Positions 1-8,200 of a stretch of 64,000 nt of DNA are shown here, piece after piece. How positions within the stretch are numbered: the stretch's first letter is position 1; each line of letters opens with the position of its first letter. The notes below the pieces were generated by a model. It saw only the letters and a program-made list of their open reading frames with translations. It was not told the origin of the DNA and ran no database searches. Where the stretch lies: the NCBI RefSeq assembly GCF_902713615.1, contig NC_052158.1:43363159-43427158 (forward strand). The letters run 5' to 3'. Origin of the DNA: Scyliorhinus canicula (lineage: Eukaryota). The translations under genes were made by a program, and so were the position numbers.

Positions 1-1460
1 ACTAGCGCCTCGGACTGTGAGTGTTGCGGCGGTGCGCCCCTGGATCTGGACCGAATGGGAGCCTGAAGCGAGCAAGATAGTTTGCTGCACAGGGAAAACG
101 GGGAGCGAACAGCGTCTTACCAGGTCTGGATGTATGAAGCTCTCAGTGCTCCCGGAGTCGAAGAGGCATGGCGTTTTGTACCCATTGATATGGTCCTCTG
201 CCATCGAGTTTCGTAGATTCTTTGGTCGTGATTGGTCCAGGGTGACCTCGCTGAGTTGCGGGTAGTTGGCGGCTCGATCAGCTGTGCTGGAGTGGCCCCA
301 TGATGACTGCCCTCTGAGTTCATAGACGAATTCGAATTCTTCCGCAGAGTTGTCCGAGCGCGGAGATGCCGATCGGGCCCGTGGATCGCACATGGCGGGC
401 GGCGAGGAAGATGGCGTCCAAGATGGCGGCCCCCATGAGTCGCACGTGGCCGGCCGCGTGGTGGAGGTTTTCCAAGATGGCGGCCCCCCCATGGATTGCA
501 TGTGGCTGGAGGGGGCGGAGTCGGGGCATAGGCCGCAGCGTTTCGGGCCCCGCGGGCCTGCGAGTGAGGGGAGTGATTACTTAGAGTCTCTGGGGAGTTG
601 GAAGCTGGGGCCCTTTTAGCGAGGCACACGCTTGAATAATGGCCTTTTCGCCTGCAGGTCGCGTTGCGGGCCGGGCACTGCTGCCGCGGGTGCTGGTTCT
701 GGCCGCAGAAATGGCAGGCTGGAGCAGCATAGTGGCTGGCTGGAGCAGCATAGTGGCTGGCTGGAGCAGCACAGTGGCTGGCTGGAGCAGCATAGTGGCT
801 GGCTGGGGCAGCATGATGGCTGGGCAGCCACGTAGCACAGGCCTGGGGGAGTCGCTGGTCGGGGGCCCATGATTGGGTCGCGGGGTCCGCGGGGAACGAT
901 TTAAGGCTGCGGAAGGAGACCTCCATCGTGGTAGCAGCTTCCACAGTCGTTTCTAAGTCCTTGGCCCCCTTTTCCAGCAGTCGTTGGCGCACATAGTTAG
1001 ACATGAGGCCCGCTACAAAAACATCGCGTACAGCAAGTTCCCTGTGTTCAGCCGCGGTAACCGCTTGATAATTACAGTCATTGGACAAATTATTGAGTTC
1101 CCTTAGAAATTCGGCGAGTGATTCTGTAGGCCGCTGGCGGCAAGTCGTGAACACATGGCGAGCGTAAACTTCATTAATAGGCCTTACATAAATTTTATCG
1201 AGAACTACTAGCGCCGCAGTATATGAACTGGCCGAGTTTAGTTGCGTAGAGATTCTGTGACTCACCCTCGCGTGCAGTAGACTTAGCTTCTGATCCTCTG
1301 TCGTTTCGGCTGTGCTCGCTTCTGCCAGGTAGGCCTTGAAGCACCGCATCCAGTGGGAGAAGATTTCTTTAGCCTCTGCATCCTGTGGGTCGAGTTCCAG
1401 ACGTCCAGGCTTGAGGGCCGATTCCATAATCAATCTTTACTGTTCTTAAGTCGATTAAAT
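1..1460 (-). mobile_element. Gypsy LTR retrotransposon internal region (gag-protease), running off the left edge of the window
   Basis: Gag from ATG 1427 (MESALKPGRLELDP...) with CCHC knuckle CHFCGQNQHPRQQC. After a frame change at the C7 run (484-490) the frame reads ...CLFDSGSTESFI, an aspartic protease with DSG at 151-159. Adjoins the LTR at 1461. Confidence 0.9.
716..830 (-). repeat. 21-bp tandem repeat (about 5 units) inside gag, encoding (HYAAPAS)n
   Basis: ggctggctggagcagcatagt units; translation SHHAAPASHYAAPASHCAAPASHYAAPASHYAAPA. Confidence 0.9.
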
Positions 1461-1758
1461 TGATGGAACCATCAATTCACCAGACACGTGTTTCCGATAT
1501 GAATCTAGGCTTTAATCGACTTACTTCAGAACCAGCCTGTTACCCATTGATGAACTCTTAGTGAACTCAGGCTGACTCTGGACAAGGGTATTTATACAGC
1601 AGCACTAGGGGGAGGAGTCATGGGCGGAGCCAAGGGTGGAGCCCAGTACAAGTTCCTGAGTACTCCCAGAGCTACTCCCCCCTAATGGTAGGATAGCGCT
1701 ACTGTGCTTACAAAGACAGTGTGAATTATCATATATATATTATATTACATTCACCACA
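1461..1758 (-). mobile_element. 5' LTR (about 298 bp) of the Gypsy element
   Basis: On the - strand it starts TGTGGTGAATG and ends CCATCA (TG...CA). It contains TATAAATA (+ strand 1589-1596), ATTAAA (+ strand 1511-1516) and GC-box-like GGGCGGAG (~1622). It lies directly upstream of gag. Confidence 0.85.
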
Positions 1759-1784
1759 CACAGTAAGTCTTTTGTTTCAAACAC

Positions 1785-1930
1785 GAACTTTCAGAGCATG
1801 GCTCCTTCCTCAGCTCCGTGTTTGAACGGTCCAGGTATTCTCACTACCCTGATTGGTTGGAGTCTGACTCTACCCTGATTGGTTGGAGGCGGACTGTACC
1901 CTGATTGGTTACTCCCGCTCCCTATTTAGA
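1785..1930 (+). promoter_or_regulatory. MHC class II proximal promoter: three Y boxes (inverted CCAAT), candidate S box, weak X box, TATA-like element
   Basis: CTGATTGGTT at 1849, 1875 and 1901, exactly 26 bp apart. S-like GAACTTT at 1785-1791 lies 16 bp before a weak X-like CCTCAGCTCCGTGTTTGA at 1808. TATTTAGA at ~1923. The Y boxes are seen directly; the S and X calls are inference. Confidence 0.7.
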
Positions 1931-1977
1931 GGACGATCACTTTCTCTTTAACCTTAGTCGGTGTTTATTTTGATGGA

Positions 1978-2080
1978 ATGTCGCTGCTCCGAATGGCTGA
2001 TTCCCGCTCCCTGTGGATCAGGATCTGCCTCCTCACCTGGAGCCTGATCATCTTCAATGGGGAGAGAGAGAGTGGAGCCG
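1978..2080 (+). CDS. MHC2B: MHC IIB exon 1, signal peptide
   Basis: MSLLRMADSRSLWIRICLLTWSLIIFNGERESGA followed by G|GTAAG donor. An alternative in-frame ATG lies at 1993. Confidence 0.85.
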
Positions 2081-5000
2081 GTAAGTCCCCGAGTTCGAGA
2101 GCGGAGTGATGGGGATCCGGAGTGTGGGAGCGGGGCCGGGGGCGAGAGCCGGAGAATCCAGCGTTATTATCAAAGCAGGCTCAAGGGTTTCCTCCTGACC
2201 TGGGGGGATTGCCCAGGAAGGTGGGGTCAGGGCACTGAGTGCAGGGGTCTGTGTCAGGCAATAACTTCTTCTTTCTCTTCTAGGGGCTCATACCTATAAC
2301 TTCCTGAATGGGTGTCGGTTTAACAGCACCAAGGTTTGGACCCCTGTCTGGCAGCAAGTCTATGACCAACAGTTGACTACATATTTCGACTTTAACCAGA
2401 AAAAGTACATCGCGGTGAAGGACTGGATGAAGGGGAATGTGGAAAGGTGGAACAAGGAGTCCCGGCTAGAGCAGTATCAGGAAATGATCGCTGTGTGTGA
2501 GAATAACGTCCCGATCAACAGCAAGACGGTGTCCAGGAAAGGTGAGAGCGGACAGGGGAGACCTCTTCCTCTGTCCCAGTAACAGGAGTTGCTGCTGCCC
2601 CCTCTGGCGGTGGGAGAGCCACCGGGTGGGTGCACAGTGAGCCTCGGTCACAGTCTGCCTGGTGCGTGACCATTACCCAGGGGTGACTCCCCTGGAGTTA
2701 TTTTATTACCTTTTGCCGCACTAATCTGCTCTGAGAATTTAATGCGGGCTCTAGATAGTAATTACTTTGTGCTGCTTTAACTTCGGCAATACATGAACTT
2801 CTGCCGTTGACCAATTAGAGTTTAGAGTTTTCCAGCACAGAAAGATGCCTTTCAGCGACATACAGAATTATACGAAGTGAGAGAATGCTCGAGATCATAT
2901 TAAACGCTCAGAACTTACTAGTGTTACAAACTGAAAAATAAAATCACCCAATTTTCCTTTCCTTTTGTCTGAAATCGGATAGTTTAGTTGATGTGTGCTC
3001 GCAGCAGACTTTCATTGATTTAAATTTATGCTTTTCCCGAAAAGGTTTACTGGTACATCAAACACTCAAGAAAGGAGTGCACTTCAGCTGAATTTTTTGA
3101 AGTGGTAAAGTCTGCTGTGGATAAAAGGAGCTGGCAGAAGTACTGTAAGAAGGCATTTGATAAAAGTGCCACAATGAAAGCTATTGCAGAACATCGAAGC
3201 TCATGGTTTAGGGGGTAACATTGGCATTGATTGAATATTGGTTCACGAACAGTTGACATAAATTGATCTTTTTCTGTTTGGTAGAATGTGATGAGTGATG
3301 TGTCACAGGGGGGCTCCGTGCTGGGGTGTCACCTTTTTACAATTTCTATAAATGACATTGGACGAAGCGATGGTTACTAAATTATAGGAGTAGGAAAGTA
3401 AATTGTGAAGAGGAAATGAGGAGGCTTAGATTAGTGGACAAAGATCTGACAAAGAGTAAGGTAACTTGACTGAAACATACAAGATACTGAGGAGTCTGGC
3501 AGAGTCTCCCTCCAGGTGCTGCCAGACTTGCTGAGATTTTCCAGCATTTTCTCTTTCGTTTCAGATTCCAGCATCCGCAGTAATTTGCTTTTATAATACT
3601 GAGGAGTATTGACAGGGTGAATGTGAAGAGGATGTTTCCTCATTTTTGGGAAAATCTATAAGTGGTGCAGATTAGAAATATTTTCTGAGGTCAGGAGTTT
3701 TGCTTTCTTCCTGAAAAAGGGTGGAAGCAGAGTCTTTGAACACTTTAAAGATTTTTGATTAACAAGGAGTGAAAAGTTATATCTGTAGGCAAGAACATGA
3801 AATTGAAGTTAGTCCGATCGGACTTGATTTTATTGAATGGCAGATCAGGCTTGAGAGACTGAGGGACTCAAAACGTTCGCTCCCGACAGATGCTGCCAGA
3901 CCTGCTGAGATTTTCCAGCATTTTCACCTTTCATTTCAGATTCCAGCATCCACTGTAATTTACTTTTATTTATTTTATTGAGGGATTGAGTGATCTACTC
4001 CTGCTCCTAATTTGGATGCTCGTACCAAACCTAAACCGAATAGTTAGCAGTTTTCATGTCAGTGCAGGAGGGAACTTTTCCACTCTGGGAGTTGAAGTTC
4101 ACATAGCTTAAATCAGTATTTGTAGATTGGAAGTAAAAGATGGTGCAGACAACCCTGGAGAACCAATTTCTTTTTGCAAGGTCCAAGGAGGTTTTTTAAA
4201 GTTTGAGCACCGACCACTGGAAAGACAGTTTTACAGCCTTATTTCTGTAATTGTTCTTGCTGATGTCAATTGTGCTGACTTTCTAGCCTCTTTGTAACAG
4301 GGGTTTTGAAAAAAATGGCAAAAACAATTGAGATACAATAGAAAATAAATTGTTTTTTGTGCATTGTGTGAAGTCTGTTTTGCTAGCCTGCCTTTGTTAC
4401 TGAACCTTACTAGAAGCCTGGAGGTTATGTTTGAGAGTAACAATAAGAGTTGTGAAATTCCACAGGGGTGTGATTTAGAAAATCCCATTATAATCTACTT
4501 TGGAAATTTCCAGATGCTTGACGAGTCTTGCTATCGCAAAAGTTAGGTGATGTCCTAACAGCCATCTTTATTCCACAATTCTTTTTTTAAATTCTTAAAT
4601 TGTAATATCCATATTAAATGGAATAATACCCCATTATAATACATTCATTAATTAGTCACAAATAAGAAATCTACACATGATCATCCAACAAACAGCAGCC
4701 CAGACTACTTGTCTAAGTGGCGAATCACTGCAAAAAAAAACATACCTTCCTGCCAGGATTTTCACTGATGAGGTTGTGTTGCCCTATCAGAATCCACTTT
4801 GTGCTTAAAATTGTCCAATCCTTTGTTCAAGTAAAAATATTCAACAATTCTCTGGCAATGTCTACATGTTCAAAACTACCTTGGATAATTTACGTACCTC
4901 TTGGCTGTTTACTCTAAATAACTATAGACCGACCAAGCTAGCATGTCCGATTTGGGGGCAGCCTGGTGGCACAGTGGTTAGCATTGCTGCCTCAGCCCCA

Positions 5001-5177
5001 GGGACCTAGGTTCAAGTCTGGCCTCCCTGTGTGGAGTTTGTACATTCTCCCCATTCCTGTGTGGGTTTGCTCCGCTTTCCTCCACTGTGCAAAGACGCGC
5101 AGGTTAGGTGGGTTGGCCACAATAAATTGCCCTTTAATGTGCAGGTTAGGTTCTGGGTTATGGGGATAGGGTCGGGA

Positions 5178-5214
<37 letters not shown>

Positions 5215-8200
5215 GGTTTAAATGGGTAGATTGCTCATTCCGAGAGTTGGATCAGACTTGATGGGCCTCATGGCCTCATTCTGCACTGTAGGGATTCTAT
5301 GACCTGATGGACTGGATTTTGGCAACATAATGGATGGCTAGAGTCAGGAAATTCCCTGACTTGCTAGACCAATGTTGGTTTCGATAGATAGGACAGTACA
5401 GCACAGAACAGGCCCTTCGGCCCTCGATGTTGTGCCGAGCCATGATCACCCTACTCAAACCCACGTATCCACCCTATACCCGTAACCCAACAAACCCCCC
5501 CCCCCTCCTCCCTCCCCTCCCTTAACCTTACTTTTTAGGACACTACGGGCAATTTAGCATGGCCAATCCACCTAACCCGCACACCTTTGGACTGTGGGAG
5601 AAAACCGGAGCACCCGGAGGAACCCCACGCACACATGGGGAGGACGTGCAGACTCCGCACAGACAGTGACCCAGCCAGGAATCGAACCTGGGACCCTGGA
5701 GCTGTGAAGCATTTATGCTAACCACCATGCTACCGTGCCGCCCTGTCTGAAATCAATGTTTTCAAGGAGATGTGGGTACAGGGTGGAGTCAATTTGGTAT
5801 AAGGCCTAGTTTGGTTCTCTAGGGCTTAGAAGCTGAAGCCCTCTCAACTCCGCTCCCCATGGTCCCTCAAATCCCCTATGCTCAATAGCTCCTGGTTTTT
5901 CCATTGCAGATATGTGATAATCGCAGAATCACAGAATAATGCAGAACAGAAGAGGGCCTTTGGCCCATCCTGTCTGCACCAATGCGTGAAATACACCTGA
6001 TCTGCCTACCTAATCCCATTTGCGAGCATTTGACCCATGGCCTTGAATGTTATGACATGCCAAGTGCTCATCCAGGTACTACTTAAAGGATGTGGGGCAA
6101 CCTGCCTCTATCACTGTCCCAAGCAGTGCAGTCCAGACCGTCACCACCCTCCGGTTGAAATAAATCCTCAAAACCCCCTGCCCTTCACCTTGAACTTGTA
6201 TCCCCTCATAACTCACCCTTCAACTAAGGGGAACAGGTGCTCACTACCCACCCTGTCCATGCCCCTCATAATCTTGTACATCTCAATCAGGCCCCTCAGT
6301 CTTCTCTGCTCCAGCGAAAACAACCTAAACCTATCCAACCTCTCTTCATAACTTCAATGTTCTATCCAAGGCAACATCCTGGTGAATCTCCTCTGCACCT
6401 CCTCCAGTGTAATTACATTTTTCCTAGAATGTGGCAACCAGAACTGCACACAGTACTCCAGCTGTGGCCTCACCAAAGTTCTTTGCAACTCCAACATGAC
6501 CTCTCTGCTTTGTAATTTACACCTCGATTGATAAAGGCAAGTGTCCCATATGCCTATTAACCTACTCTTCTACCTTCACAAATCTATGGACAAACACAGC
6601 CAAGGTCCCTTTGTTCCTCGGAACTTCCCAGTTCACTGAATACTTCCTTGCCAAATTTTTCCTTCCAAAGTGTATCACCTCACACTTTCGGGGTTAAATT
6701 AATTCTGCCACTTTTCGCCCATCCCGTCTATATCTTCCTTCCAAGACATCTGACCTCAACTGTTAACCACAGTGATTTTTTTGTGTAATCTGCAAATTTA
6801 CTGATCCTACCCACCACATAGCCATCTATGTCGTTTTAATAAATGGCAAACAATAGGGGATCCAGCACAGATCCCTATGGTACCACTGATCACTAGCTTC
6901 CAGTCAGTAAAGCAGCTATCTGTCATCACCCTCTGTCTCTTACAGCTAAGCCACTTTTGCATCCGCCTTATCAAGTTATCCAGTATCCCATGTGCATTTG
7001 CCTTCTTTATAAGTCTCCCATGTAGACCTTTGTTAAAGGCTTTGCTGCAATCCATACGAATTACAGCAACTGAACTACCCTCCTCTCCGCACCTGGTCAC
7101 ACATTTGTTAAGCATGACCTCCCTCTGACAAAGTCATGCTGACTATCCCTGATCAAACCTGGCCTCTCCAAGTGGAGATTGAACCTTCATAATTTTCACC
7201 AATAGTTTCCCTGCCACTGATGTCCAACTCACTGGTCTGTAGTTCCCTAGCTTATCTTGACAACCTTTCTTAAATAGTGGGACCGCATTCACAGTTCGGT
7301 CTGTGCGCATTCAGGACCCTAACCTTCCTATTGCTTGCCATTTTAACAAAAGACCCTGCTCCCATGCCCACAAATCTGTTCTTCGCTTGCTACAATGTTC
7401 CAGTGAAGCACAACTGAAGCAAACTGGAGGAACAACATCTCATCTTCCAATTAGGCACACTACAGCCTTCCGGCCTGAACATCGAATTCAATAACCAGAT
7501 AGAACATAGAACATAGAACGATACAGCGCAGTACAGGCCCTTCGGCCCTCGATGTTGCACCGACATGGAAAAAAAAACTAAAGGCCATCTAACCTACACT
7601 ATGCCCTTATCATCCATATGCTTATCCAATAAACTTTTAAATGCCCTCAATGTTGGCGAGTTCACTACTGTTGCAGGTAGGGCATTCCACGACCTCACCA
7701 CTCTTTGCGTAAAAAACCCACCTCTGACCTCTGTCCTATATCTATTACCCCTCAATTTAAGGCTATGTCCCCTCGTGCTAGCCACCCCCATCCGCGGGAG
7801 AAGGCTCTCGCTGTCCACCCTATCTAACCCTCTGATCATTTTGTATGCCTCTATTAAGTCACCTCTTAACCTTCTTCTCTCTAACGAAAACAACCTCAAG
7901 TCCATCAGCCTTTCCTCATAAGATTTTCCCTCCATACCAGGCAACATCCTGGTAAATCTCCTCTGCACCCGTTCCAAAGCTTCCACGTCCTTCTTATAAT
8001 GAGGCGACCAGAACTGTACGCAATACTCCAAATGCGGCCGTGCTAGAGTTTTGTACAACTGCAACATGACCTCATGGCTCCGGAACTCAATCCCTCTACC
8101 AATAAAGGCCAACACACCATAGGCCTTCTTCACAACCCTATCAACCTGGGTGGCAACTTTCAGGGATCTATGTACATGGACACCGAGATCCCTCTGCTCA

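Noticed and set aside
484-490. Possible programmed -1 frameshift (G GGG GGC) between gag and protease
   Set aside because: The sister repeat unit has a run of 5 rather than 7, which gives a continuous frame. G-only heptamers are poor slippery sites and homopolymer errors look common in this assembly, so a mutation or sequencing error is more likely.
2062-2072. (GA)5 microsatellite in the signal-peptide exon as a phase-variation switch
   Set aside because: Too short to be notably unstable, and the frame is intact.
4954-5030. tRNA genes at SINE heads (also 5670-5743, 36659, 47900, 54220 and others)
   Set aside because: A and B boxes are present but each continues into a V-domain and LINE-like tail, so these are SINEs and not cloverleaf tRNA genes.
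5181-5215. Long poly-G and poly-C runs (also ~9963, ~15716, ~16488, ~29770, ~40440)
   Set aside because: They are homopolymer expansions within SINE, MITE or LINE linkers, their lengths are unreliable, and there is no independent sign of function.
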